Of a stretch of 64,000 bases of DNA, positions 10,009-22,601 are shown piece after piece. The notes beneath the pieces are model-generated. The model had not been told where the DNA came from and did no database searches. It saw only the letters and a program-made list of their open reading frames with translations. The position numbers and the translations under genes were made by a program. Position 1 is the first letter of the stretch, and the number at the start of each line of letters is the position of its first letter. Source of the DNA: an uncultured candidate division Zixibacteria bacterium. Lineage in GTDB: Bacteria > Zixibacteria > MSB-5A5 > UBA10806. The DNA is taken from contig CAWDFP010000006.1 of NCBI GenBank assembly GCA_963801605.1, positions 1,088,001-1,152,000 of the forward strand, in the 5' to 3' direction.

Positions 10009-13000
10009 TTAGCGTCCGCCGTTTCGCATCCTCGAGAGCTTGACATTCCCCGCCCCCACCAGGCCTTTGAGCGTCTTGAGAAACTTCGGATTGGGATCGA
10101 CTTTGAATTTTGTAACCTTGAATAGAATTCGTTTGCCGTTGGCGCCATATTCAATCACAATTTCGCTGGTCCCGGGATTAGCGGTAAATTCCCTGGTTAA
10201 CTCCGCATTAAGCTCTTTGGTCGGATTACCTTCGAGAATGATTTTAATAACGGTGGGGAATTCGCGCGGCGCGGCTTCAAGCAATGTCAGGTCATCTCCC
10301 TTAATTTTCGGCTTTTCGCCCTCGCGCACCGAGCTGTAACCGAAAATAATGACCGTGTTACCTTCCTTGATCAATAACCTTCGCTTTTCTAAAACGTCGG
10401 AAAAAATAATCACCTCGCCGGTTCCCGTAAAATCTTCAAGAGACAGCACCCCAAACGACTTTCCTGCCCGGCTGGCCTGAATTTTTACCTTGGTAAGTAC
10501 ACCTGCCGCGGCCACTTTTTTACCATCGTTGACGCTTTCGAGATCGGAAAGCTTTAGATCAACGAAACAATCGTAAATATCACGATACGGATCGAGCGGA
10601 TGCCCGGAAATCCAATATCCCAACGATTCCTTTTCGTGAGCGAGTATTTCTATTTCGCTCCAGGGCTCGACTTTCGGCAGCTTCGGCTTGGCAAACGTTA
10701 CTTGCTCCGGTCCGCCAAACAGCGTCGACTGCCCGCTGTCCTTTTCCTTCTGCAATGTCGAACCGTTTGCGATGGCTGCTTCCACTCCGGCCAACAGCTC
10801 CGCGCGATGAGAACCCAGCGAATCCATCGCGCCCGACATCACCAGGCTTTCGATGGTGCGCTTATTGACTGCTCGCAAATCGACCCGGCCGGTAAAATCG
10901 AAAAGGTCCGTAAACTTGCCGCCATCCTTTCTGGCCGCAACGATCGATTCTACTGCCGCCTGGCCTACATTTTTCACCCCGGTAAGTGCAAATAAAATAA
11001 CATCGCCCTCGACCGAAAAATATCCCAGGCCCCGATTGATATCCGGGGGCTTAACCGTAATGTTCATCCGCTCGCATTCGTTTCGAAGCTCCAGGATTCT
11101 GGCGGTATCGCCCATTTCCGATGTCATCAAGGCGGCCATGAATTCCACTGGATGATGTACTTTGAGATAGGCCGTCTGGTAGGCGACATAGGCGTAGCAG
11201 GCCGAATGGGCTTTAACAAAGCCGTAACGGCCAAAGGTTTCGATCTGATCGAATATCTTCTCCGCCGTTTTCTTGTCGATCTTCTGCGCAGTCGCCCCGG
11301 CGACGAATTTTCCCTTTTGCTCGGCCATGACATCAGCTTGCTTTTTGCCCATGGCCTTGCGCAGGATATCGGCCTCGCCCAAAGTATATCCGGCCAGTTC
11401 GCGCGCTATCTTAAGCACCTGTTCCTGAAATACAATTACACCGTACGTTTCTTTCAGGATTTCTTTAAGGGTTGGATGAGCGCACTCAATCTCTTTCTTG
11501 CCGTGCTTGCATTCGATATAGGTATCGATCATCTTGGCATCGAGCGGGCCGGGACGATAGAGCGCGTTCATTGCCGTCAGGTCTTCAAGACAGGTCGGCT
11601 TGAGTTTTTTGAGATACTCACGCATACCGTCCGATTCAAACTGGAAGATACCGATGGTCTCACCACGCGTGAACAACTTGTAGATTTTGGGATCATCAAG
11701 CGGGATATGGTCGATATCAACCTTGATGCCCTCGTCAGCTAAGAGCTTGAGGCAATCATCTATTACGGTCAGGGTCCGCAGCCCCAGAAAATCCATCTTG
11801 AGAAGCCCGATCGCCTCGACTCCATGCATATCGTACTGGGTGGTAATTTCGTCCTTGTTCGATTTGTAAAGAGGAGCATAATCGGTAATCGGCCCCGGGG
11901 CGATCACCACACCGGCCGCGTGCGTCGAGGCATGCCGCGAAAGTCCCTCCAGCACCTTGGAGAATTCGATAAGTTCGCGGATTTTATCATCTTCATCGTA
12001 ACGCTTCTTCAGTTCCGGCTCTGCTCCCAGAGCCTTATCGAGCGTCATGTCAATCTCCGCCGGAATCAGTTTGGCGATGACATCGACGTCGCCGTAGGGG
12101 AGAGACATGACCCGGCCAACATCGCGCACTGCGGCTCGGGCCGCCATGGAGCCGAAAGTAATTATCTGCACAACGTTATCGCGTCCGTATTTCGATGTCA
12201 CATACTCGATCACGTTATCGCGTCCGCGGTCGGCGAAATCGATATCGATATCGGGCATGCTGATTCGTTCAGGATTTAAGAATCTTTCGAACAGGAGGCC
12301 ATACTCGATAGGATCAAGGCTGGTTATCTCCAGGCAATAGCTGACAATCGAACCCGCCGCCGAACCTCTGCCGGGACCAACCCTGACTCCGATGCTGCGG
12401 GCGTAATCGATAAAATCTTTGACGATTAGAAAATAACCGGCATACCCCATGCGGTTGATGACGCTTAACTCATAATTTAACCGCTCTTCAAGTTTCTCGG
12501 TTATTTCGCCATAACGTTTTTTTAATCCGATGTAACATTCAGCCTTAAGGTACTCCTCCAACGTTTGAAAACCTTCGGGAAGCGGAAAGCGCGGGACTTT
12601 GTTTTTATACAATTCGAGTTCCAGATCGCAGGCCTCGGCGATCCTGAGCGTATTATCTATAGCCTCCGGAGTTTTTCCGAACAGGGCGATCATCTCCTCC
12701 GGCGATTTGAAATAAATTTGATCGGTATTATAACGCATCCGATCAGTGTCCGTTAGAAGCTTGCCGGTCTGGATACATAGCAGGGCATCATGTGCCCGCG
12801 AATGCTCCTGTTTCATATAGTGGCAATCGTTGGTGGCCACCAGACGAATCTCGAGCTTTTTGGCCAGATCGATAACCAGTTTGGCTACTCGCTGCTCGTC
12901 TTCCTGCCCGTGGTCCTGAATCTCGAGATAATAGTTTTCCTCTCCGAAAATCTCACGATACTCGCGAGCTACCCGCTCCGCTTCATCGAATCGCTGATTC

Positions 13001-13470
13001 AATAAATTTCTGGCAACTTCGCCATGCAGGCAGGCCGAGCAGGCGATCAGTCCCTCGCCATGTTCTCTGAGAAGATCCTTGTCGATACGCGGCTTGTGAT
13101 AAAACCCCTCGGTATAACCGGCCGAGGAAAGCAAGATCAGATTTTTATATCCCGTTAGATTTTTGGCCAGCAGCACCAGGTGAAAACCGGATTCCGTCAG
13201 GCCCTTGACACCGGTTTTCTTGAACCTGCTTTCGGGCGCGACATAGGTTTCGATTCCAATGATCGGTTTTATTTTCTGCTTTTTGGCTTTCTGATAGAAA
13301 TCGATTGCTCCGAACATATTGCCATGATCGGTAATGGCCACTGCCGGCATTTTCATGGCGATCGCAGTCTTCAGAATATCATCTATCCGGCAGGCGCCGT
13401 CGAGAAGCGAATACTGAGTGTGATTATGCAAATGAACAAACTCGGCCCCGGAGTTTTTCGACTTGCTCAC
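10009..13470 (-). CDS. dnaE: DNA polymerase III subunit alpha
   Basis: PHP HLHNHTQYSLLDG; GPGRGSAAGS; MPDIDID; GLLKMDFLGL; C-terminal OB fold. Confidence 0.98.
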   Translation of the reverse strand: MSKSKNSGAEFVHLHNHTQYSLLDGACRIDDILKTAIAMKMPAVAITDHGNMFGAIDFYQKAKKQKIKPIIGIETYVAPESRFKKTGVKGLTESGFHLVLLAKNLTGYKNLILLSSAGYTEGFYHKPRIDKDLLREHGEGLIACSACLHGEVARNLLNQRFDEAERVAREYREIFGEENYYLEIQDHGQEDEQRVAKLVIDLAKKLEIRLVATNDCHYMKQEHSRAHDALLCIQTGKLLTDTDRMRYNTDQIYFKSPEEMIALFGKTPEAIDNTLRIAEACDLELELYKNKVPRFPLPEGFQTLEEYLKAECYIGLKKRYGEITEKLEERLNYELSVINRMGYAGYFLIVKDFIDYARSIGVRVGPGRGSAAGSIVSYCLEITSLDPIEYGLLFERFLNPERISMPDIDIDFADRGRDNVIEYVTSKYGRDNVVQIITFGSMAARAAVRDVGRVMSLPYGDVDVIAKLIPAEIDMTLDKALGAEPELKKRYDEDDKIRELIEFSKVLEGLSRHASTHAAGVVIAPGPITDYAPLYKSNKDEITTQYDMHGVEAIGLLKMDFLGLRTLTVIDDCLKLLADEGIKVDIDHIPLDDPKIYKLFTRGETIGIFQFESDGMREYLKKLKPTCLEDLTAMNALYRPGPLDAKMIDTYIECKHGKKEIECAHPTLKEILKETYGVIVFQEQVLKIARELAGYTLGEADILRKAMGKKQADVMAEQKGKFVAGATAQKIDKKTAEKIFDQIETFGRYGFVKAHSACYAYVAYQTAYLKVHHPVEFMAALMTSEMGDTARILELRNECERMNITVKPPDINRGLGYFSVEGDVILFALTGVKNVGQAAVESIVAARKDGGKFTDLFDFTGRVDLRAVNKRTIESLVMSGAMDSLGSHRAELLAGVEAAIANGSTLQKEKDSGQSTLFGGPEQVTFAKPKLPKVEPWSEIEILAHEKESLGYWISGHPLDPYRDIYDCFVDLKLSDLESVNDGKKVAAAGVLTKVKIQASRAGKSFGVLSLEDFTGTGEVIIFSDVLEKRRLLIKEGNTVIIFGYSSVREGEKPKIKGDDLTLLEAAPREFPTVIKIILEGNPTKELNAELTREFTANPGTSEIVIEYGANGKRILFKVTKFKVDPNPKFLKTLKGLVGAGNVKLSRMRNGGR

Positions 13471-13766
13471 AACGAATTCCCTTCGGCGGTATCATTGGTC
13501 GGATTGAGGAATTGCTCGATCTCATCCCGGCAAACCGGGCAAACTATATAATCGAATTTTTGATAGATCTGTTTTTCCAATTGGTCAGCTGTCATCTGTT
13601 CTGTTTCCTGTTCGATCTTTTCCACTAATTCAGCCAGGCTCTTGCCGCTGTCCTGAATATGCCCATCGAAATGCGACAGCAGTTCAGCCTTGAGACGATA
13701 AGCCAATCCGCCCTTCTTGATTCGTTTGCCGCATCGAACGCAGCGCAATTTCCTTTCGGCTCCCAT
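13467..13766 (-). CDS. Small zinc-ribbon-like hypothetical protein
   Basis: CVRC...CPVC pairs; stop overlaps the dnaE GTG (GTGA); start set at ATG 13766. Confidence 0.75.
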   Translation of the reverse strand: MGAERKLRCVRCGKRIKKGGLAYRLKAELLSHFDGHIQDSGKSLAELVEKIEQETEQMTADQLEKQIYQKFDYIVCPVCRDEIEQFLNPTNDTAEGNSL

Positions 13767-14120
13767 TACGCTATAATATGAACTAACACATGTCAATCAA
13801 GGCTTTTATTGAAACTTTTATAATTGCCGTTAATCTCAACCTTTTTTCCGTCTTTTCGCAAATTAACTTAAATAATTTCTAAAATGTAAAGTCTGTCCAT
13901 AATGAATAAATTCCATTTATCGGCCATGTCAATCGACCATAATATGCCGCTTAAAATTATTAAAATACCCCATTTTTACAGTTTCACCGCAACCGACCTG
14001 TCGCAAGTGGGTTTGCCTGGGTCGATAGTGATTGTAACAGCTTGAAACACATCCGCTTATAAAGTGCAAATTGATGCACTCCAAAATAAACCTTTGCGAC
14101 ACTTTGGGGTCAAATACCTC

Positions 14121-14148
14121 TTGACAAAATTTTCACAATTCCTATATT
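14121..14148 (+). promoter_or_regulatory. sigma70-type promoter ahead of a ~490-nt leader
   Basis: TTGACA-16 bp-TATATT. Confidence 0.6.
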
Positions 14149-14644
14149 TTATCAGGCTTTAGCGTTCTTCGAAAAGCAGACGGATTAATACTTCACGGGA
14201 TTTTTTAGCGTCCATGCGGGTGAATATGGACCCTACACTGTTCGAGTCGCCATCTTCAGGCCTTCCGTCACGGTGTATACAAAGATTCCGATAAAATCAG
14301 AATAGGCATACGAAGTTTTTGATGGCCAACACAACTGCGCTTTTAATTGGGTACGATGTGAAAAAAGAAGCGGGAGGGCGGTTTTGTTTCTGGTCTAAAA
14401 ATATACTATGCAAATTACGTGTATCTTTCTATCTGTACTCAGATTGCAGGAACTTTGGACGATATGAAAACTAATGAAACGTTTCAAGCGAGTGTTTTCG
14501 CATTGATAAAGGGAGGTGAATCTGGAGAATCATTGATGTTGGAAGTATATCCTCTGAAACTATTTAATCAATTGGAAATCAGGAAAATCAGGTAAGTAGT
14601 TGTAATTCGATTTAAACACCTTCGTTTTGGAGGCATTAAACCTT

Positions 14645-17600
14645 ATGAAAAAGTTACTCGTGTTGACCGCGCTCGTGTTGTTCGCCTGGTCTATCGTCTG
14701 GGCGGCCCCCCAAGCCGGCAACACCAATCAAAAAGCTGATCAGACCACTAAGGTCGATCAGACCAAGAAGGCTTCTCCGCAGGGTACTCCTCTGCAGACA
14801 GCCCACAAATTGCCCGCAAAAAATGCTAAGGCATCCACTACCGAAACCGCTCCTGCTCCTGCTCCGCTTGTAATCGGCAACAAAGATGCTGACCAACAAG
14901 CCGAAAAAGAAGCCGGCGCCAATGCTCCGACCATCCAGCAGCTTCGCGATGAGAAAACCAAATCCGAGGCCGTCATAGAGGTCCTTCAGCAGAAGGCCGT
15001 CGAGGCTCCGAAATATCAGCCTCGTTATGGCGTCAAGGGCGAACTTCTCAATCCCGAGCCTGTGGTATATCCTATGGGAATGAACCCGAGCAATCCTCAG
15101 GGCGAAATCCCGATCATCACTTCCACTCTGCTCTCGCAGACCTTCCACGGCACCGGCTGGAGCCTCGATAATCAGGCCCCTCTGGGCGGCTGGATCGTTG
15201 CTGACAGCGGTACCGAAGGTTCGCAGACATGGTATACTGATGACTGGCACAAGTTCTACTATGCCGCCACCGGTTGGAACGATACAGTTTTAGCCGACGA
15301 ACTGGACTGTCAATGCCTATATCGGAATCGTTATGTAGCGATTGGCTGATCACTCCTGCTTTCGATCTTTCGGTTGTCACTACCTGCTCACTTTACTTCA
15401 AGCAGTACTATGACAATGTCAGCACTACAGCAGATTCTGCCAAAGTCATGATTTCGGTTGATAACGGCACCACCTGGACAAGACTCCACAACCTGGAAGG
15501 CTGATACACCAATCCCACCAGAACTGGTATCAATCTGGATGCCTATGCCGATAACGAACTGAACACTCCAGGTGAAACTCGCCTTCTGGCATGGTAGGAT
15601 CGCTCGGAACCTTTTCCAGCGTCAGCAATGGCTGGATTGTCGACAGTATAACTGTCGTCAGGGATGGTGTTCCGCATGGGTTCAGGACGTCAGCAATCAA
15701 ATGTCCGGCTTGCTTCGGCAATACGCCACCCGCAGGACCCGGCGGCGCCTGGACAATCCTGGATAACGGTATATGTTAGCAGGCCCAAGCTCACCACAAG
15801 CCAACGATTGGAACCGTAGAGTTGGTAATCTCGGTAGCCGATACCGTCGCTGCTGTTACCTACACCAGTTCCAATAATCGCCGCGAGTTTGAAAATGAGT
15901 GGCTGATTAGCCCCTCGTTCTCAATTAACGCCGGTGTGCAGTGCACCCTTTCTTTCAACGACTTACTGGAACTTTGATGGCGTCTCCACCCAATGGCTGG
16001 GCGTCAATGCAGAGCATGGTTATGTAAAGGTACAGGAAACCACCGATGGTGGTACAACCTGGGGACCGTGGACCATTATCAGTGATTATACTACTACAAC
16101 TATCGGTTCTTCCAACACCTTACCCGTATACGTAGCCAAAGTTCCGCTAAACGCTTATACAAATAAAACCGTCCGTTTGGGCTTCCAGAAATTGGCTCCT
16201 CCGGAAGCATCCTTTGCAACCTGGTACATCAGCCATCTGCTGGTTCAGGATTATTACTGGCCTCTTGAACGACATGTTGACGACCTCGATTGGGGCTCCG
16301 ACCTATGCTTATACCGGTCGCGCCTGGACACCGTTACCGCTAACGTTTACAACGCTAGGTCAGAATGCTGCCACATTTGCAGACAGCTTCGATATCTATC
16401 AAAACGTAAAAGATAGATTCTTCTTCGAAGAGTTCAGCAATCCGCAAAGCTGGACAATTGCAAATCCGCCGGTTAACGCTCTCGGTCCCTGGACCGTTAT
16501 CGATAGCGGCGCCGGTGGACCGTTGAATAATCCTACGACCTGGTCAGCATACTATTATTCAACCTGGACAGATACGGTTGCTCGCGCCTATTATTCTCCT
16601 GCCAGACAGCAGAACACCTACATGGTTTCCCCGGAAATCGATTGTTCTGCCAAGACCAACGTTCATTTGACTATGCACCTGTTTCTTCGATTGGTACAGC
16701 ACCAAGGATTCATGTTCATTTATGGCAGCACAGATAACTTTGCTACCAGAACTCAAATCGCTCAATATGTCGGCGCCGATTTCGGTCCGGCATATCCGGA
16801 TTATGATATTACTTCCTGGGCTGCCGGTTCATCCGCGTGAAGATCGCTTTCCGCTACGTTGGTAACGACGGTATGGCAGCTTACTTCGATGAAGTCGAGC
16901 TTTATTCGCCGCTGCCGCCAGTTTATTCTTACCAGCAGCCGAGACCGTTACTGGTTTGGCTTCATTGACCGCTGCTCCTGTCAATTATACCTCTACCTGG
17001 ATAATCCTGACTGCCGGTCTCCACAATCTCAGAACATTCACCAATCTCGCCGGTGACGAAGTTCCCGCTAATGATACTGTCAGCGGAAATGTTACGGTTG
17101 TGCTCACCCGGTGCACGGCTGGCCCCGATGCCGGATACTATTCCTACGCGGATAACTACACTGGCGGTCCCGCTTACGATTGGAAAGACATCAGCACCTT
17201 CGGCACTCCGATCACCTTCGCCAATGGCAGCGGTGATGACCGCTATTCCGCTCTCCTGCCCTTCGGCTTCAACTTCCAGTTCTATGGAATGAACTGGCCG
17301 AGCATTGGTGTTGGTGAAGATGGTGTGGCCCAGTTTGACGGCCTAAGCTCTGGCTATAGCGGCAACGCCGCCATCCCAACCTCAGCAGCGCCAAATAATA
17401 TGTTGGCCTTCTTGTGGGATGACTTGAAGCAAGGCACTTCCGGCCAGGCTTTCTTCTATACCAATAACGTCGATACCGCAATTGTCAGCTTCATCAACTG
17501 GGTCATTCTACGCTTCAGCCGATGTCAACATCAGGTTTGACGCGCAGTTTATTTTGACTGCCGCCGACAACGGCATTAAATTCCAGTATCGTAACTTTGG

Positions 17601-20600
17601 CCCTGGTATTACTCTCAGCCATACAATTGGTATTGAGAACTTCCTCGGCACTACTGGCTTGCAGTATGTGTACAATGGCGTCCCGATGGGCAACCTGCCG
17701 GTCGCTCCGTTGGCGATTTCCTTCTCCTATAATCCGCCTGCGGTTGACGTGTCGGCCGAAGCCATTGTGACCCCGCCGAACGCGGCTCTGGTTATCAATG
17801 GCGCTACCTTCACTCCTCAGGCTTCAGTGAAGAACTGGGGCGGTGCCAATGCTACCTTCCCGGCGACCTTTACGATCTTCGACGCTGCTCATGTCGAAGT
17901 CTATACATCGACACAAACAGTTACAGACCTGGCTCCTGGTGCGACTGCAAACGTCGATTTCACTCCGACATCGATTGCGGTTAACGGCGCTCTATACCTG
18001 CTCGACATTCGTGTCGATCGGTGGCGATTCCAATGCTCGGAAACGATTGGAAGAAGCACCACCTTTACAGTCGATCAGCACTACGGTACCGGCGGCCCGG
18101 ATGCAGCTCTCTACAAATGGATCGACAACACGGTGGTTGGCGGCCCTGCATACTCATGGGTTGACATGTCCGCAAGTGTTCCGATTACCTGGAACGGTAC
18201 TCTGGATGATGGCTGGACAAACGGCGTCTCCCTGGGTACTCCATTCTATTTCTATGGCAACATGGTTTCCAGGGTTTGGCTGGTAACCAACGGTATGGTG
18301 TCGTTCGACTCTCTGTCCACCTATCCGGGTTATTTGGCAGCCATTCCGAGCACCTCCACGCCGAATAACTTCATCGGCTTTATGCGCAGCGATATGTATG
18401 CCAGCAAGCCGGCTACGGTTCTGGATGATGTTGTCAACAACATTTTTGTCATTCAGTACGATAGTCTCTATTTCTACAATACGCCGTCTCAGTCGTTCGA
18501 TTGTCAGATTATTCTGAACAAAGTCGACAGCTCGGTTACAATTCAGTATGCAAACTTCAATGCCCCCGGTCAGACCGATGCAGTGATTGGAACTGAAGGT
18601 CCCGGTGGATTGGCCGGTTTGCAATACTATTACAATGGCGCTCCGCTATTGAACTATCCGTACAACGGTCTGGCCATCAAGTTCTTCCAGTACACACCTA
18701 CTCTTGATGTGTCGATGGTTTCCTATGATGCCCCTAAGGGCGGCATTACCGGAACCGCTTACTTCCCGGCCGTAACGGTGAAGAATAACGGCACCACTCC
18801 TGTGACAATTGACGCCACAGTGAAGATCGTCGGACCGGCCCCTGCCACCGATACAGTCTTCAACTTCACCGAGACAACCCCTGTGGTCGCCTTCGGTGCT
18901 ACTCTGCCGTTTACTTTCTCGATCAATAGCTGGACTCCAGTTGCCAGTGGATCATACAGCATGATCGCCTTGGCGAACACCGCCGGTGACGAATTCAGCA
19001 CCAACAATTCCAAAACCGGTTCGGCGTTCATTTACAATGTTGCCGCTCTGAATTACACGAATGATTTCGAACTTAATGACGGCGGATTCATTCCTACTAA
19101 TCAGTGGCAATGGGGCGTTCCCACCTACGTAAGCGGTCCTACTGCGCACAGTGGAACTCAGCTTTGGGGAACCAACCTGGCAGGCGATTATACTGCTCTT
19201 ATGCTCAACAGCCTTTACTCTCCGGCCATAACCCTTACTGGTGGTCTGCTCTATAAGGCCGACTTCTGGTTATGGTATGCCACTGAGACCAATTATGACG
19301 GCGTCAACGTGAAGGTTTCGAATGACTTTGGCGCGACCTGGACCGTCATTACAACGTCAGTCCCATACAACGGTACTGGCTATTCTACCGCTCCCGGTAT
19401 CGCTGGTCAGCCGGTCTGGACCGGCAGCAGCACTGCCTGGGTGCATCCGACAATCGATCTTACCGCTTATGCCGGCCAAACCGTCATTTTGCGGATAGAC
19501 CAGTCTTCAGATGGTTCCGGTAACGCAGCCGGCGCTTATGTCGATGACTTCAGCGCGATGGCTATCAATCTGGATATCGCTGTTAACTCCATCGATGCTC
19601 CTCCGTATATTATGTTGGCCGGTTCGTATCCGATTACTGCGACCGTTGAAAACCTGAGCCCCGTACCTGTTACGGTTGACTCTATCGAATTCAAGGTCGA
19701 GGATGCAACTCCTGCCGTCGTATACGAAGGCAAACTCTATGCTCAGGCTCTTGCCGCTAACGCTATCGTGCCGTTTACTTCCCCGACTCCGTGGGTTGTT
19801 GCAACTGCCGGCGAATATAGTGTAACGGTTACTGCTTACCTTGCCGCTGACGAATCTCAGGGCAATAATGCATTTACCGAGCCGCGCATCGTTCAGGTTC
19901 CGCAGGCCTTCCCATATTCGGAAGACTACGAGAATCCTGCAAATCTCGGTAACTGGTGGATCTTCTACAACGGTTCTGGTGCCGGTGTAGGCTGGACAAC
20001 TGCTATCGCTCACAGCCCAACTCATTCGATTGATATCAGCTATTCTCCGTATCCTCGCGAGCTCTGGTTTGTGGGTCCGCCTGTAACCATTACCGCTGCC
20101 ATTATTCCGCAGCTTAAGTACTGGGAAGCTGGCGATTCATATTGGGGCGACGAGCCTAATCAACAGATCGGCGTCTCCCTGATGGTGGATGGTTTTGATT
20201 TGAATGGCACCATACAGTTGGGTCTCTGGACTCCAGCCACTCATACGCTTGAGGATGGCATATTCACCTCAAATCAATTCGATCTTACGCCATACATCGG
20301 ACATACCGTATGGCCGGTGTTCTACTTTAATAGTCCGACCTTCTACAGCGGCGACTGGTTCCTTGATGATGTCAGCATGTACGAAAGTGCGGTTCCTGCA
20401 ATCAGCATTGCTCCAGCCACTCTTGATCATTCACAGAATTCAGGTACTACTCAGACTTACATCGCCGACTTCACAATCAGCAACCCTGGTACTGCTCCAT
20501 TAACCTGGAACGCCTCCAACACACTGCCTTGGATCACCATGATTCCAGCTGGAGTAGTTCCTGCCGGCGGTTCCTTACCGATTGATGTTACAGTCAATAC

Positions 20601-21621
20601 TGCAGGCTTGCTCGGCGGCATGTATAACGACGTTATTACCATCACATCCAACGATCCAGCTAACCCGACCGTTACTCTTCCGATTAACATTTACGTGATG
20701 GCTGCTCAGATCTACGTATCGCCAGGCTCCGTGCATATAACTCAGGAAACCGATGTTAACATGACTCATAGCAACGTTATATGGGTCGGTAACAACGGCG
20801 GACCGGATCTCCATTTCACCGCTTCCAATACGCTTAGCTGGATCACTGTTGATCCGACAGTTGGCACGGTTCCAATGGAAGGTACGCAGCCAATCAGCCT
20901 GATCATCAATACGGCCGGTTTGGCAATTGGGGATTACAGCGATCTAATTACCATCAATTCTAACGATCCCGCTTCACCTGTTAACACCGTTCCTGTAACC
21001 ATCACGGTTTCCCAGATGACTCCGGGAGTGGATCATCTCGATTTCAGCTTACTCGAAGGTTTAACGCAGACACTACCTCTTCCGATCAACAACGCCAGCG
21101 CTGTTGATATTAGAGTTGATCTGGTCGCTGCACCCTCCGAGTGGCTCTCAGTTGATCCGATCTTCGGTATCATCCCGGCTGCCGGTTCTATGGACTTCAA
21201 CGTTACGGTGAATGCTGCCGCCCTCGCTGAAGGTTTCTATAATGGTACGATTACAATCACGTCCAGCAACGTTACTGATGCGATAGTTATTGTGCCTATT
21301 AACGTTACCATTGAGCGCGGTGGTTGCGACTACATAACCGGTGATGCCAATAACAGCCAGGTCTTCAACGGCCTTGATGTGACCTATAGCGTCACTTACT
21401 TCAAGGGTGGCCCTCCGCCTCCGTTCTCCTGCGAGTGCACAGTTGGACATATCTGGTATGTGGCCGGCGACGTTAACGGTAGCTGCTCATTCAACGGTCT
21501 TGATGTGACCACAATGGTTGGTTACTTCAAGGGATTCTTCACAGTCAGCCCATGCCCGGATTGCCCCCCGGCTCGCGGCATACTGAAAGTGAAAGATTCG
21601 AAGTTGAATTCGGAGCAATAA
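14645..21621 (+). CDS. Giant (~2,300 aa) secreted multidomain protein: choice-of-anchor/cleaved-adhesin-like, CARDB/Ig, NIDO-like and BACON-like repeats, C-terminal dockerin-like module; several frameshifts at 15.3-17.5 kb
   Basis: GGAGG + ATG 14645 with signal peptide. Consecutive ORF fragments share WLITPAFDLS / WLISPSF / MVSPEIDCS and GPDA.YY...YDW.DIS motifs. Ends GDANNSQVFNGLDVTY...GDVNGSCSFNGLDV. Confidence 0.75.
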
Positions 21622-21672
21622 CGCTTATTAAACTGTCTCGGCCCAAAACCGAAACAGGTCTATAAGTGACAT

Positions 21673-21707
21673 TCGGGCCTCCCATCCGGGGGGCCCGATT
21701 TATTTTT
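21673..21707 (+). terminator. Rho-independent terminator
   Basis: TCGGGCCTCC-CATCC-GGGGGGCCCGA followed by TTTATTTTT. Confidence 0.8.
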
Positions 21708-21775
21708 AGTCGAAAAATAATAGAACTCTCTAATATTCGATTTTTGTTATATATTGTGAAATCAGGAGGTTCGCG

Positions 21776-22534
21776 ATGAAAAAGATAATTTATACGCTGT
21801 TATCGATTGTTTTTTGCCATCAGGCGTTTGCGGGAGATATTACGTTTGAGGCTGCCAGCGGATGCGCTTCGCCATATACTCCTTTCTCAGCGCACTGGAA
21901 CGGAGCCGTGAGAGATAACGGCCTGTTCCACAGAGAATTTTCTTGCCGCGTTGGATATGATCTTAAAGATTGGCTGTCTGTTTCTGGCACTATCGGCTGG
22001 CTTAAAAATCGAGATTATGATAGCCGTCCCATTTTTATTGATCCCGAGCCAATTCCACCCTATGGTTATCATTATTCTAATCCGCTAACCGATGTCACTT
22101 ATTTAATCCCCTCGCTGAAGTTTTCCAGCGAAAATATCAGGCTTGATTTTGGGGCAATTATCTATTCGTCCTCTATTACCAACGGATCGCGCAATTTCAA
22201 TTATCCTTTTAACGGCAGCCATCGATTCAAACCTGCAATAGGAGTCGAGTTGGGTGGTCAGGGAGTCTATCTATTTACCAGATTGCTGGATTCTTTTCCT
22301 CTTTATTCCGGCGGATTAGCATCGGTGGGGGTAGGTGGAAGAGTGGGCGGAAAATATGAACAGCAGTTTTCATTTCTCGGCGGGCCATTTGAAATAACAG
22401 GTTTTGGCTATCGCGGCGAATTTAGAGTATATCAGGAAACGGCATTCTCCATCGGGCTATCCATTGGCTTCCCCAATGCTAATAACAACGACGCCATTTA
22501 TTTATTTTCATTCGGGCTTAAGACCATTCTGTAG
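21776..22534 (+). CDS. Hypothetical outer-membrane beta-barrel protein
   Basis: GGAGG SD; signal peptide; amphipathic beta strands; C-terminal FSFGLKTIL. Confidence 0.7.
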   Translation: MKKIIYTLLSIVFCHQAFAGDITFEAASGCASPYTPFSAHWNGAVRDNGLFHREFSCRVGYDLKDWLSVSGTIGWLKNRDYDSRPIFIDPEPIPPYGYHYSNPLTDVTYLIPSLKFSSENIRLDFGAIIYSSSITNGSRNFNYPFNGSHRFKPAIGVELGGQGVYLFTRLLDSFPLYSGGLASVGVGGRVGGKYEQQFSFLGGPFEITGFGYRGEFRVYQETAFSIGLSIGFPNANNNDAIYLFSFGLKTIL

Positions 22535-22601
22535 TCATTATTTTCTTATCGAATTTATTTCCATTTGAATAGATCGTTTATATTGGCTATATTTTATAAA
22601 G

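Noticed and set aside
10009..13470. Intein in DnaE
   Set aside because: Length is normal and no splice-junction or LAGLIDADG motifs are seen.
14205..14260. tRNA suggested by GTTCGAGTC
   Set aside because: Flanks do not form a T-stem or acceptor stem; no cloverleaf.
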